From: a virus
Direction: 5' to 3' (one strand)
Virus record (IMG/VR): IMGVR_UViG_3300046459_000427
Location: 1-64,000 of that record
Length of the DNA: 64,000 nucleotides
Numbering within the stretch: position 1 is the stretch's first letter; each line of letters begins with the position of its first letter. Of the stretch, positions 36,706-46,682 are shown piece after piece. The position numbers and the translations under genes are program-made. The notes below the pieces were generated by a model. The model searched no databases. It was given only the letters and a program-made list of their open reading frames with translations, and had not been told where the DNA came from.

Positions 36706-38244
36706 CTAACCTTCCTGGTTGATGTAAGTTGGTACATCGACTATTTCGGCGTCGATGAAACCGGTTGAGGACTCGATCATCCGGTCCGCCGGAACGGGCC
36801 TGTCGAGTGCCGTCATCTGCTCCCCGGCGTCGCGGCCGAAGATACGGCTGATCATACCGGCCCCACCGCCATTCCCCTTAGCCTCCAGTTTCACGGAGAA
36901 GGAATCCTGCTCCAGTTCCGTCTTCACCTTCACGAGTTTCTGAAGCCGGTCGATCTCACCCGACAGGTTCGGATCCGCGTAGCCACCGGTCATATCCTCG
37001 ACCATCTTCATGAAGAGGACCCGCTGCGCCTGCATCTCGATGAGTGAATTCTGGAGCGACTGCATCTGCTGCTTGCTCTTCACTTCGACCGGGATGTCGT
37101 ACGCGCAGTTGGCATTCTGGTCGAAGGCCGGGCACTTCGAGGACAGGAAGCATGACGAGCAGGCCCGCATCGACTGGCTGCGCACGGTCAGGAGAGGGAT
37201 GTCCCGCTCCTTGTTCACGCCGTCCTCGGGGTCGGTGTAGACCTCCTTCTCCTGCACCAGGCCGATGACCGGCAAGTTGGTACGCGGGCGGTCCTTCCGG
37301 GCGCCGGGAGTTGTCACCGGGTTGAGCATTTTTCCGGCCTCCGTATCAACTTCACTACCCTGCAATTGAGCGAAACCCGAAAGTACCCCTCCGGCAGAAG
37401 TAGTAACTGCTTGAGCCTCCTGCGGCCGGTGGTCATCAATCGAGGCCGCCAACTGCTGCCACGACCAGATGGTGAACCGCAGTACTTCGTCGTTCTCTCC
37501 TGCCTCGATACGGTCGGCATCGAAGCCCGCCTCGGTAAACAGCGTGCGGTGCCTTTTACGCGCCTGGTCCTTGTACTTCTTCGGATAGCGCTTCAATTCC
37601 CGGCCGGTCCACACAATGGTGTCACCGTACTGGGAAGGGGAAAGCCAGGAGGTCGACGCGACGCTGTCCCAGTTCACGGCAGCCATTTCCGCAGGCTTAG
37701 TCATAGCCACTCCGTGGAGTAGCGTGCCGTATTTCCTGGTGATCTCGTTGAGCACCGGAGTGAGATTCCGGCCGTCGAGATCTGTCTGCGTCACGCCGAC
37801 GCGCTTATACCTCTGGGCGAGTTTATCGAGTTCGTCTACGCCCCATTCCGAATGCCATATCGGAAGGAACTTGTCTTCCGGCAGGTCCTCGTAGAAGTCC
37901 TCTCGCCGGGCCTCGATCCATTCCCGTCCGAGAACGACAGCGTCGAACTCGGACACCATATGAAGGGAATCGATGTTCTGCTGGACGAATGCCTCGTAAT
38001 GCGCGGCGATGTCTTTCAATTCACCGACCGAGTACTTGTCGTCTTCGGCCTTGTTGACCGTGTAGGCGCCGGAGTCCAGGAAGACCTTCTGGCTGTCGAG
38101 GTAGTTGTCCTCGATCAGCCAGGGCCTCGTGAACTTGGTCCGGCGCCGCAGGCCTATGTACGAGAGGGAGACGGTTTCGACGCCTTCCTCGGCCAGCATC
38201 TTGCGCCAGCCGGGAATCTCGGATCCGCCAAGGAAGAGGTGCAC
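36706..38244 (-). CDS. tRNA-guanine transglycosylase (TGT/DpdA)-like TIM barrel plus C-terminal Cys-cluster domain
   Basis: VFLDSGAYT, LPIWH, LHGVAMT, DSVASTSW; CSSC...C...C. Confidence 0.55.
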   Translation of the reverse strand: MHLFLGGSEIPGWRKMLAEEGVETVSLSYIGLRRRTKFTRPWLIEDNYLDSQKVFLDSGAYTVNKAEDDKYSVGELKDIAAHYEAFVQQNIDSLHMVSEFDAVVLGREWIEARREDFYEDLPEDKFLPIWHSEWGVDELDKLAQRYKRVGVTQTDLDGRNLTPVLNEITRKYGTLLHGVAMTKPAEMAAVNWDSVASTSWLSPSQYGDTIVWTGRELKRYPKKYKDQARKRHRTLFTEAGFDADRIEAGENDEVLRFTIWSWQQLAASIDDHRPQEAQAVTTSAGGVLSGFAQLQGSEVDTEAGKMLNPVTTPGARKDRPRTNLPVIGLVQEKEVYTDPEDGVNKERDIPLLTVRSQSMRACSSCFLSSKCPAFDQNANCAYDIPVEVKSKQQMQSLQNSLIEMQAQRVLFMKMVEDMTGGYADPNLSGEIDRLQKLVKVKTELEQDSFSVKLEAKGNGGGAGMISRIFGRDAGEQMTALDRPVPADRMIESSTGFIDAEIVDVPTYINQEG

Positions 38245-38270
38245 GGTTAGGTTCTCCGAATCTGCTTGGG

Positions 38271-38927
38271 TTACTTCGGGGGCTGGACGGCGCTCTTCGG
38301 GAAGAGGCCGGGCTGGGTGACGCGGGGCTTCTTGGCGGCCGGAGCGCCCCCAGCGCCCTTCTGCCGTGGGCCTGCCGTCGCGGCCAGACCGAACTGCTGC
38401 GGGGAACGGACCGGGGCGACCTGACTCGGACCGAACAGACCGGCCTGGACGACGCGCTGCGGCTTGGCGGCCGGTGGCGGGGTCTGCGGGGCCGACTGCA
38501 CCGAGGTACTGGCGTGGGTGCCGAACGCTGCGTGGAAGTCGTCCCAGGCCCCACCGGAGGGCTTGCTCTGCGCCTGGATGCCGTTCATCCGGGCGTTGAA
38601 GGTATGAAGGAGGTCGGAGGCCGCGCTGGAGTGCTGGGCGTGCCAGGCGTCGAGGCTGGAGGAGTGGTCCTCGCGCACCCGCTGGATGTCGGCGTGGTTC
38701 TTGATGCCGTTGGCGATGCCCTCGCGGCTCATCACGCGGGCGGCCGGGCTGGTCTGTCCCTTGGCGCGGCTCTTGGTACGGCCGCTGGACGGCTGGGCGA
38801 CGTTGCGGGAGTTCTCCAGGTCGCTGACGCGGTCCTCGACGGTGCGGCGCGAGCCTGGGAACTGGAGGGGCTGGAGGTAGCGGTCGCGGAACTGGGTTGC
38901 TATGGAATGAAAGACGGAGCCACTCAT
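38271..38927 (-). CDS. low-complexity basic protein with QAGLF/QPGLF motifs
   Basis: RBS AAGGGA, codon bias. Confidence 0.55.
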   Translation of the reverse strand: MSGSVFHSIATQFRDRYLQPLQFPGSRRTVEDRVSDLENSRNVAQPSSGRTKSRAKGQTSPAARVMSREGIANGIKNHADIQRVREDHSSSLDAWHAQHSSAASDLLHTFNARMNGIQAQSKPSGGAWDDFHAAFGTHASTSVQSAPQTPPPAAKPQRVVQAGLFGPSQVAPVRSPQQFGLAATAGPRQKGAGGAPAAKKPRVTQPGLFPKSAVQPPK

Positions 38928-39223
38928 GGCCGTGTGTCCCTTCTCAGGAAGTAGAGGTAGCGGTGACCGGCCACGAAGGAGGCCAGGAAGCCGACGGTGA
39001 TCAGCGACCGTGCGGAGGTGGTCGACGCCAGGAACACGGCGGTGAACACGGTCACGTTGGCGCTGTAGACGAAGAGGGTGGCCGCGAGCCACCTCTCTGC
39101 GGCGCCGAGCTGGCGCCAGGCGGGGAGGGTTGCGCGCAGCAGCAGGGCTGCGAATGCCGCTCCGGTGAGGACGGAGAGGATTCGGGCGATGCCGATGAAC
39201 AGGACAAAGCCGTTGCTTGTCAC
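38924..39223 (-). CDS. small 3-TM membrane protein (holin candidate)
   Basis: three hydrophobic segments. Confidence 0.5.
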   Translation of the reverse strand: MTSNGFVLFIGIARILSVLTGAAFAALLLRATLPAWRQLGAAERWLAATLFVYSANVTVFTAVFLASTTSARSLITVGFLASFVAGHRYLYFLRRDTRP

Positions 39224-39723
39224 AGGATCTCCATGTGTGGGCGCTGATCTTCTTCGCGTAGTGCTCGCTGCCTCTCCACTTCGTCCACCAGGGCTGACCA
39301 GGGGGTGACGCTCTCCTGGTAGTCGGGGCGGAAGCGTGGGGAGGAGTAGTTGGGGTGGAGGTAGTTGAGGACTCCGACCCCGTTGGCCATGACGTGTGCG
39401 GCGATCTCCGGATCGGGCTCGATCAGCAGCTCGACGTTGCATCCGGCCTGCCGTAGCCGGGAGATCTGCCGCATCCTTCGCTCGGCCGGGTCTTCGGGAT
39501 CCCGCAGGTTCGCGGGGATCAGGTAGGGGTGTTTGTTGAAGCCGTTGACGCGCAGCCAGTGCTTGACCGGCTCGACGTCGGTGTGGTCCGTGATGAGGGC
39601 GACCCGGTAGGTCTCCATCAGGCCCCAGTACAGGCGCTGCCCCTGGTGGATGACGGCCTCGCCGACTTCCTTGGACAGCACCCCTTCGATGACGATGGCT
39701 ACGGTTGCTGTCACCGCGATCAC
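39220..39723 (-). CDS. HAD-fold-like protein (degenerate motif I)
   Basis: VAIVIEGVL, VALIT, HWL..NGF, LLIEPDP. Confidence 0.45.
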   Translation of the reverse strand: MIAVTATVAIVIEGVLSKEVGEAVIHQGQRLYWGLMETYRVALITDHTDVEPVKHWLRVNGFNKHPYLIPANLRDPEDPAERRMRQISRLRQAGCNVELLIEPDPEIAAHVMANGVGVLNYLHPNYSSPRFRPDYQESVTPWSALVDEVERQRALREEDQRPHMEIL

Positions 39724-40577
39724 CTGTGCTCGTGCTCGTGCAGGCCCTCGCGGTGTTCCTGCTCGTGCTTGCGGATGACGCGTTCGGGTGTGCCGCCCAG
39801 GTTCGGGCTGTAGCCGTGGTGCTTGACCAGGTGCTCGATGACGCCGGGGTGCGGTGTCTTGTTCCGCTTGATCTTGTCGACGGGTTCGGCGTGGAACTGG
39901 TCGAGGTTCAGCACATGGGCGCCGATGTGGGTGTCTCCCCGGCCGCGCGCTTCGGCGAGCCGGTGGTGCGCGTCGGCGACGTAGGGGGTGCCTCCCTTGA
40001 TGACCACCTTGACGTGCGGGTGGTCAGGGGCCAGCGGGCCGGTGATGTAGGAGTGCGAGCCGGTCTCGTACGCAGTCTGGCCGGTGTGCAGAACGGCGCT
40101 CGTGCTGATGCTCTGGAACTTGGCGTGCTTGTTCCAGAAGGCCTCGTTGCCGTCGCTCATCTGCGGGCCGTGCTTCTCGTACCACTTGTCGTCGATCTTG
40201 GGGTCGACGATGTTGCCGTGGCCGTCGAGGTGCCCGAACTGCTGCGGGTTGTGAGGCGGGCCCATGACCATCTGCCCGTGCGCCTGCGGGTAGTTGGTGC
40301 GCTCCTCGTCATGGATGAGCGTCTCGTCGCGGGCGGCGCCGAGCGAGGTGACCTTGGTGAACATCCCGCCGCTGTGAGGCGTGGGATGCCCGATATGAAG
40401 CGCGCCAGGTTTGGCCTGGAGGTGCAGCGGCGTGTCCTTGTTCAGGTGGTACGCCGCGCGGAGCGCGGTCTGCTTCTGTCCTTGCTGAGAGACCCGGCTG
40501 CCCAGGGGGATGGGCAGGGCGGTCTGCTCGAACTGTGGACCGGCGGTGTCCGGCTTGCTGCGGGAAGGGGCCATCAC
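39720..40577 (-). CDS. ParB/Srx-like domain protein, His-rich
   Basis: PHVKVVIKGGTPYVADAHHRLAEARGRG. Confidence 0.55.
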   Translation of the reverse strand: MMAPSRSKPDTAGPQFEQTALPIPLGSRVSQQGQKQTALRAAYHLNKDTPLHLQAKPGALHIGHPTPHSGGMFTKVTSLGAARDETLIHDEERTNYPQAHGQMVMGPPHNPQQFGHLDGHGNIVDPKIDDKWYEKHGPQMSDGNEAFWNKHAKFQSISTSAVLHTGQTAYETGSHSYITGPLAPDHPHVKVVIKGGTPYVADAHHRLAEARGRGDTHIGAHVLNLDQFHAEPVDKIKRNKTPHPGVIEHLVKHHGYSPNLGGTPERVIRKHEQEHREGLHEHEHR

Positions 40578-41566
40578 GATCTCCTGTAGGGGGTGTTCCA
40601 GAGGGCCGCCTTGGCGAGTGCCATGGCAGCGTCATCGAGGGGAGCCCCGTACAGATCCGTTTCTTGTGCCTTGCGGGCCTCGGTCTCCGCTGTGGCGAGG
40701 GCGCTCAGGGCCTGGACGGTCCCGGCTTCCTTGTGTGCCTGCCAGCGGAAGTTGTAGTAGTCGCCGTAGCCCTCGCCGGTTCCGGAGAAGGCCATACGGC
40801 GGCTGAGGTGGATGTCGTCGAAGAGGGCCTTGGCCTGCTCGGTGACGATGCGCTGAGAGTCCATGGCGTTCTTCCAGGCCGGACTGTTCTCGACTGTCTG
40901 GGCGGCCTGGGAGCGCAGGAGGCCGTAGCGCTTGACGAGGAGTTCAGCCTGCTTCTGCTCGTCCTCGACGGCGGTCTTCCACTCGGCCGGGTAGAGGCTG
41001 CGGGGGTCGTCCGGCAGCTCGGGCGGGGTGATTTCCCAGCGGTCGGTGGTGAGGTTGTACGCCGCGTAGGGGTGAATTGCCGCGATGCTGTGGGAGGTCG
41101 TGCCAGGGTTCAGGTAGTAGGTGACCTCGTACGTCTGGCCGTGGAAGTCGGTATTGGCGGTGGACGGCCACAGATTCTGCTTGAGGTCGTTGTTCAGGAG
41201 GTCGGCGAATTCCGATTCGGAGATCCCCTGGAAGGTCGGGTTGGTCTCGTAGAACTTCGGGAAGTCGACGCCGAAGAGGACATCGAGGTCGCCGTTTCCA
41301 CGGTCTCCGGCCCACTGGTAGGAGATGCCGGATCCAGCGAGCCAGGCCGCTGACCAGGTACGGGAGCCCTTGTAGCGGGCGTCGAGGAAGTTGTTCAGGA
41401 TGCCGAGGATGTGGTCGCGCACGTCGGGCTTGATGTGCTTGCCGTCGAAGATGTGCGGGTCCAGTCCGCGCTGCGGCGTGCTGAAATAGCCGGATGCCCC
41501 CGAGTGAATGTCGGGCTGCGCTCCCTGGCTTACTGCTCGATTGAGGTAGAACTCGTATCCGGCCAT
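40574..41566 (-). CDS. Pol-beta-like nucleotidyltransferase
   Basis: WLAGSGISYQW...GDLDVLFGVD. Confidence 0.65.
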   Translation of the reverse strand: MAGYEFYLNRAVSQGAQPDIHSGASGYFSTPQRGLDPHIFDGKHIKPDVRDHILGILNNFLDARYKGSRTWSAAWLAGSGISYQWAGDRGNGDLDVLFGVDFPKFYETNPTFQGISESEFADLLNNDLKQNLWPSTANTDFHGQTYEVTYYLNPGTTSHSIAAIHPYAAYNLTTDRWEITPPELPDDPRSLYPAEWKTAVEDEQKQAELLVKRYGLLRSQAAQTVENSPAWKNAMDSQRIVTEQAKALFDDIHLSRRMAFSGTGEGYGDYYNFRWQAHKEAGTVQALSALATAETEARKAQETDLYGAPLDDAAMALAKAALWNTPYRRS

Positions 41567-41590
41567 GGTTTCGATTCTAGCTGGAATAGG

Positions 41591-41626
41591 GAAAGCCCCC
41601 GATTCTGCAATTGAATCGGGGGCTTT
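41591..41626 (-). terminator. intrinsic terminator
   Basis: AAAGCCCCCGATTC...GAATCGGGGGCTTT. Confidence 0.7.
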
Positions 41627-41643
41627 AGTAGTTGCTATTTCTC

Positions 41644-42030
41644 TCAGATCTTGAGAGAAGCGCGGAGTTGTGCCTCCTGCGCCTGCCGCTGCATCGCCTG
41701 GCCGACCGCCATCATCTGCTGCTGGGTACGCTGGGCCGTCTCCATGACGGTCAGGTCCTTCTGCACCACGGCGACGGCGCCGAAGATGTCGTCCGGGGTG
41801 GCTCCTCGCCGGGGGACGAACTTCTGGGTCAGGTCGCTGGTGGCGACGACTGCGCCGTCCAGGCCGACGGCGACGAGGAACGCGGTGGTGACCGGGGTGC
41901 CGATCTCGTCCTCGGCGGGCGGGTTCTCCTCCGCCATCTTGGCCAGGGCTGCCCGCTGCTCGTCGGTGAGATCGGTATGAAGCGCGTCGTCGTTCTTCGT
42001 GGGGGTCTGGCCGAGGATCGGGATGCTCAT
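41644..42030 (-). CDS. hypothetical protein
   Basis: GGAG RBS, Gln-rich C-terminus. Confidence 0.55.
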   Translation of the reverse strand: MSIPILGQTPTKNDDALHTDLTDEQRAALAKMAEENPPAEDEIGTPVTTAFLVAVGLDGAVVATSDLTQKFVPRRGATPDDIFGAVAVVQKDLTVMETAQRTQQQMMAVGQAMQRQAQEAQLRASLKI

Positions 42031-42058
42031 GAGTGCTCCAGGTGTGTGTCGGGTGGGG

Positions 42059-42544
42059 TTACTTGTAGAGTCCGGCCTTTTCGCGGGCGCTCTGTACGAC
42101 CAGCGAGTGGACCGGGCAGAACTCGCAGAGGTAGCGGTCCTGGGCGGACTTGTACCTCGGCAGGCCTGCCGCCTTGCGCTCGGCTGCGGTGTCCGGCGTG
42201 AGGCGCTTGGAGCCGGTCTTGTAGTCCGAGCAGCCGGGGTTGCGTGCGTGGGCCTTCCAGCAGGCGTGTGCGTCTTCCTGGAAGGTGTTCTTCGCCTCGT
42301 AGAAGGAGGTGTCGAAGCCGGTGTGGCCGGTCTTGTCGCGGATCTGGGAGATGATCGCGTCGCGGGTGCTGGGGCTGTCCCAGTGCTTCTTCTCCACACG
42401 CAGCATCGGGTGCGCGATGTGGTTGGGGTGCTTCTGTACGAGCGCTTCCAGGAGGAAGTCGGCGCGGGGGTCGCCCTCGTAGTCGGGCAGTTCCTCCATA
42501 GACCCGCAGGTCTTGCAGAGAAGAAGCCGTATGTGCTCGGCCAT
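42059..42544 (-). CDS. Zn-binding hypothetical protein
   Basis: CKTC...YLCEFCPVH. Confidence 0.6.
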   Translation of the reverse strand: MAEHIRLLLCKTCGSMEELPDYEGDPRADFLLEALVQKHPNHIAHPMLRVEKKHWDSPSTRDAIISQIRDKTGHTGFDTSFYEAKNTFQEDAHACWKAHARNPGCSDYKTGSKRLTPDTAAERKAAGLPRYKSAQDRYLCEFCPVHSLVVQSAREKAGLYK

Positions 42545-42558
42545 GGTGTCCCTTCGAA

Positions 42559-43164
42559 TCAGTACCAGTTAGTGGCCTGGGAGTGTGCCCAGGCGGTGCA
42601 GGGTGTCCCGTATACCGCCTTGATGTATCCGAGTCCCCATCGTATCTGGGTTATTGCATTTGTTTGCCAATCCGAACCGGCGGAAGCCATCTTCGAACCG
42701 GGCAATGCCTGCGGGATTCCGTAGGCGCCGGAGGAGGGGTTTGTGGCGGTGACTCGCCAGTTCGACTCCTTCTCCCAGAGCAGTTCCAGGCAGGAGAACT
42801 GTGCGGGGCCGACCTGTGCGAGGGCGTAGGCCTTCGGGGAGGTCGTGGCGACGACGGCGCGTGTCGGGGTTGGTGACGCCCGGGGGGTCTTTGTGGGTTT
42901 TGGCTGGTGGGTCGGGGTGCTGCTCGGCTTCGGCTTGACGGTCTTGGTGACCTTGGGCGTAGGCGCCGGGGTGGTTGGGGGCGCCAGCTTGGGGCGGGTC
43001 ATGGACCGGTTGGCGGTGTCCGGAGCTGATCGGGTGACGGCGGGTGCGGCGGCGATGCCGTTGTAGTCGACGGGCTGGTCCTGGCCGGTGATGGAGATGG
43101 CCGAGACGGCAGAAGCCGTAACAAGGATGGCGGACGCTGCTGCTGCGGCTACGCGGTAGCGCAT
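42559..43164 (-). CDS. secreted lytic transglycosylase (SLT-like)
   Basis: signal peptide; LWEKESNW..TATNPSSGAYGIPQALP...QIRWGLGYI..YGTPC.AW. Confidence 0.88.
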   Translation of the reverse strand: MRYRVAAAAASAILVTASAVSAISITGQDQPVDYNGIAAAPAVTRSAPDTANRSMTRPKLAPPTTPAPTPKVTKTVKPKPSSTPTHQPKPTKTPRASPTPTRAVVATTSPKAYALAQVGPAQFSCLELLWEKESNWRVTATNPSSGAYGIPQALPGSKMASAGSDWQTNAITQIRWGLGYIKAVYGTPCTAWAHSQATNWY

Positions 43165-43257
43165 GCGGTTGCCTCACGTTCGGGGACGTTCTTGCTCCTA
43201 GAACGTAACATCCCCACTACGGCATTGGAAGCCGTAATGAGGATGACGTTATTCAGA

Positions 43258-44148
43258 TCACGCCTTGACGGTGAACAGGCCGCTGGCCGTGGCCAGCTTC
43301 GTCAGGGACTGAAGGCCCGGGGCGCCCTTGGCGTCGTTGCCCTGGTAGCCCTTCTTCCGGCGGAAGAGGTCGTAGGCGTCCTGCGTCTTGGTGCCCCAGG
43401 AGCCGTCCACCCACCTCGCGTCCAGGTAGCCCAGCGCCGACAGCGCCTTCTCGACGAGCAGGACATCGGCCTTGTGGGTCGTGTGGCCCGTGGCCGCCGG
43501 GAGATCGGCCTTGCGGGCCGCCACGACGTTGGAGACGTCCACGACCGGCTTGGCCGCAGGCTTCGGAGCGGGCTTGGCCGCAGGCTTCGGAGCGGGCTTC
43601 GGGGCGGCCGGAGTGGCCGAGGTATGAAGCGAAGGGTTCTGCGACTTCCACGCCGGGTCGGCCGACTCGATACCGCCCGGGTATTCCGGGTAGCCGTAGC
43701 CGTAGACGTGCGCATCGGTCCGGATATGGGTCTTCGAATAGACCCCGTCGCCTTCGGCTGAACCATTCACGTTCGTATTGCCTTCGACGGAATACACGTG
43801 AGTCGCGTCGAATCCGATGACGACCCCGGTGTGCTCACCGCCGCCCGGACCGTAGAAGACCTGCGCACCGATGGCGGGGTACTCGGACCAGCGCTTGCGG
43901 GCCTTGTACCAGGAAACGCCGGTAGCGCACGAGGCGGTAACCGGGTAGGAGCCCTTCGGCAGGCCCGCCGTCTGGAAAGCCCACGCCGCGAATACGGCGC
44001 ACCAGGCACCCTCGACGTTGTCGACCCATTCCAGGCCGGGGACCTTGTCGGCGTACTTCTCGTGGTTGTTCCAGTGGCCGTTGGAATAGCCCTCGTGGTA
44101 CCCCACCTCGGCCTTTACGACCTTGCTGAGAGTGTCGGTCAAAGACAT
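43258..44148 (-). CDS. endolysin: CHAP domain plus peptidoglycan-binding domain
   Basis: AWCAVF, HTGVV, SVEGNT; PKPAAK linker; VEKAL..LGY...VDGSWGTKT..AY. Confidence 0.85.
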   Translation of the reverse strand: MSLTDTLSKVVKAEVGYHEGYSNGHWNNHEKYADKVPGLEWVDNVEGAWCAVFAAWAFQTAGLPKGSYPVTASCATGVSWYKARKRWSEYPAIGAQVFYGPGGGEHTGVVIGFDATHVYSVEGNTNVNGSAEGDGVYSKTHIRTDAHVYGYGYPEYPGGIESADPAWKSQNPSLHTSATPAAPKPAPKPAAKPAPKPAAKPVVDVSNVVAARKADLPAATGHTTHKADVLLVEKALSALGYLDARWVDGSWGTKTQDAYDLFRRKKGYQGNDAKGAPGLQSLTKLATASGLFTVKA

Positions 44149-44150
44149 GT

Positions 44151-44399
44151 TCAGAATCCTGCCTGCGATGGTGAGGTCTCGACGTAGTTGGGGGTGTGCA
44201 CCGGCTGGCCGTCGGGACGGATCTTGACCTCGTCCTCATGGCGCCCGTACCACACGTCACTGAGGTCCAGGCGGGCCCGGGTCGTTGCGGAGGTCGTCAC
44301 GCCGATACCGCCACGGTCGACGATGATCTTCTTGTACTTGCCGTCCGTCGCGCCCTCGTTGAGTTCCGCGTTCATGGACCGGGACTGGGCGTAAGCCAT
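44151..44399 (-). CDS. hypothetical protein
   Basis: operon packing. Confidence 0.5.
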   Translation of the reverse strand: MAYAQSRSMNAELNEGATDGKYKKIIVDRGGIGVTTSATTRARLDLSDVWYGRHEDEVKIRPDGQPVHTPNYVETSPSQAGF

Positions 44400-44563
44400 T
44401 TACTTCGCTCGCTTTCCGTTACCGTTCGCGCCCCGGCGATCGTTGAAGATGGCCAGTGGCTTAGCGGCACCGGTCGAACCTTCTTGGACCGTGCGCTTGC
44501 TGTTGTCAGACATTCCAGGGCGCCGCTTGTCGTCGGCGCGGTGCGGCTTTCTGTGCTTGGCCA

Positions 44564-44854
44564 TCAAAAGCCCCCAAGGGTCGGCCTTGAACTTCCAGAA
44601 TAGCCACCTATGCTGCCCACTCCGTTAGTCGGAGCCGGGAACTGGCTATTCACTGAGAGCACGTCCTCTATTCCGAGGGCCGTGGTCCGGTATCCGTACT
44701 TCGGAGGAAACAAAGGACGGACGACAGGGGCGGGCGCTGCCTGCATGGCGAGCACGTCGCCCGGGATATCGGCGACGCCGAGCGCGTCCGTGAGAATCCG
44801 CTCAGGAAGAGAGGCCCACGGACGCGTCCGGTCGTATATGGAATCCGCTTGCAT
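44564..44854 (-). CDS. hypothetical protein
   Basis: TGATG coupling. Confidence 0.5.
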   Translation of the reverse strand: MQADSIYDRTRPWASLPERILTDALGVADIPGDVLAMQAAPAPVVRPLFPPKYGYRTTALGIEDVLSVNSQFPAPTNGVGSIGGYSGSSRPTLGGF

Positions 44855-46110
44855 CAGAACAACTTCTGCTGGCCCGGGTGGACCTCGGTATGAAGCCCGT
44901 TCTTGCCGTAGGTGTTCAGCGAGGAGTCGTGGTTGTCACCACGGCGCCGCTTCTCCTCCGACCACTGCGCGGACTGCATGTTGGTCAGGGAGTTCAGTCC
45001 GCGCTCCTGCATGACGTTGCGGGCGACGTGGTCGTGGAAGGCGTGGATGCCCTTGATACCCATGTACGCCTGCTGGCTGCCGGAGCCCTTCTTGTCCTCC
45101 AGGTGCGGCGCGAAGGCACCACCACCGGAGTGCGTGTCCGACACCCAGAACTGTGAGGAGCCGTGCGGGTCCACCCACGAGTTGTGATAGGCGCCGACCT
45201 TCTCACCGGCCGTCGGCTTCCATGCGTTCGACAACTGCTTGCCGTTGAGGACCTGGTGCGTCACGTCGATCGCCAGGGCGTGGTTACGGGGGTACCCGTT
45301 GGCCGGGTAGGCGCGGGTGTCGCCTTCCTTCTTCACCAGTTGCGTGAACTGCTTGCCCGACTTCGAGGTGACGGTCTTCTCCACCTTGTCCTCGCGCGGG
45401 ACGTAGTAGTCCTTGTGGTAGTGGTAGTCCTCGCCGGTCTTGCCGGATTTGGCCCACTGGATCGCGTGGCTGGCCGCCTGGTCGTTGGGGTAGACCGCCT
45501 TGCCCGTCTCCTTGTCCGGCCGCACGAACACGTTCTGCGGGGACGTGATGGCGTTCGCAGCGGCCTGAACGCCGAAGGGGACACCGTTCTCCTTGGCCGA
45601 GGTCTTCAGACGCGCACGCGGGCTCAGGGAACCGTCCCGGGTGTGGTCGTCGGCCGGGCTGTAGAACGAGTCGTGGTGCCCGCCCTCGTGCGCGTACGCA
45701 CGGTCGACCTGAGAGGCCAGGGCGCGGTGAGCGGAGTCGGGGGTAACACCGAACTTGGCGGCCGAGCGCAGCACGCGGGACTGCTCGGCAGGTGTGTGGT
45801 CCTCCCACCGACGGTTGACCGGCATCATGTCCCTGACCGGGTTCATGGTGTGCTGGCCGTGCCAGACATCAGACCCCTTCGGGCCCTCCAACTCCATCTG
45901 CCCGTGCAGGTTCGGAGCCTTGTCGGTGTTGCCCATCAGCCGGTACGACTGGCGGGGACTGGCTCCGGCTCCGGGCTTGTCCTGGATGGTCGTAAAGCGC
46001 TGCGGGTTGGCGGCCTCGTAGGACTGCCGCTTGGCCGAGGCGTCCTTGACGGTCTTGTTGTAGGCGCGGGTATCCGCAGCCTTCTGTGCTGGGGTCTTGC
46101 TCGCAGCCAT
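44854..46110 (-). CDS. protein with HhH-glycosylase-like phage domain and C-terminal QQKLF
   Basis: AITSPQN, GEKVGAY.N, VSDTH, MQSAQW pattern. Confidence 0.5.
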   Translation of the reverse strand: MAASKTPAQKAADTRAYNKTVKDASAKRQSYEAANPQRFTTIQDKPGAGASPRQSYRLMGNTDKAPNLHGQMELEGPKGSDVWHGQHTMNPVRDMMPVNRRWEDHTPAEQSRVLRSAAKFGVTPDSAHRALASQVDRAYAHEGGHHDSFYSPADDHTRDGSLSPRARLKTSAKENGVPFGVQAAANAITSPQNVFVRPDKETGKAVYPNDQAASHAIQWAKSGKTGEDYHYHKDYYVPREDKVEKTVTSKSGKQFTQLVKKEGDTRAYPANGYPRNHALAIDVTHQVLNGKQLSNAWKPTAGEKVGAYHNSWVDPHGSSQFWVSDTHSGGGAFAPHLEDKKGSGSQQAYMGIKGIHAFHDHVARNVMQERGLNSLTNMQSAQWSEEKRRRGDNHDSSLNTYGKNGLHTEVHPGQQKLF

Positions 46111-46114
46111 CGGG

Positions 46115-46669
46115 CTACCTCCACTGGTCTGGGGAGTTGTGGGGAGACGCCGACGGCAGCAGCTTCCGCAGCCGTTCGGAGCGCACGGGGTCGATGTCGG
46201 CCATGACCTCGGCGATGCCGTACTTCTGCTGGAGAGCGGCCATCTCGGACGGGGACAGGGCGTTGACCTTGCCGCCGTGGGCGAGGCGTTCGGTGACGTC
46301 GCCCTTCTGTGTCCACTTCAGGCCCCGGGCCTGGTAGACCAGACCGGCCTGCGGGTTGACGGAGCCGACGTCAGGCCACGAGTAGTCGCCGGAGTCGATC
46401 TTGTCGCCCTTGTGGACGCCCCTTTGATAGGAGCGGTCGGTAAGGCGCTTCTGGACGCCCTTGAGCAGCCTGTCCTGGCGCCGGTCATTGATGGTGCCGA
46501 GATACCCGTCGGGATATTCGGCGGAAGGAACGCGACCACCCATGGCAGCGCGCCGGGCGTCCAGGGAATCGCGGAAGGAAAGAGCGTCTGCGCCTGCTCC
46601 GCCATTCGCACGAACCGGGGCGCCCGGCTGACCTATGCCCATAGGTGGCATGTATTGCCAGTTAGACAT
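46115..46669 (-). CDS. hypothetical protein
   Basis: PSAEYPDGYLGTI...RSYQRGVHKG. Confidence 0.55.
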   Translation of the reverse strand: MSNWQYMPPMGIGQPGAPVRANGGAGADALSFRDSLDARRAAMGGRVPSAEYPDGYLGTINDRRQDRLLKGVQKRLTDRSYQRGVHKGDKIDSGDYSWPDVGSVNPQAGLVYQARGLKWTQKGDVTERLAHGGKVNALSPSEMAALQQKYGIAEVMADIDPVRSERLRKLLPSASPHNSPDQWR

Positions 46670-46682
46670 GGCTGCCTACGAC

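Noticed and set aside
43547-43605. Short tandem repeats (PKPAAK linker; also GGTGGC run at ~48778-48807 and KIEEP at ~21661-21700)
   Set aside because: Ordinary low-complexity protein linkers
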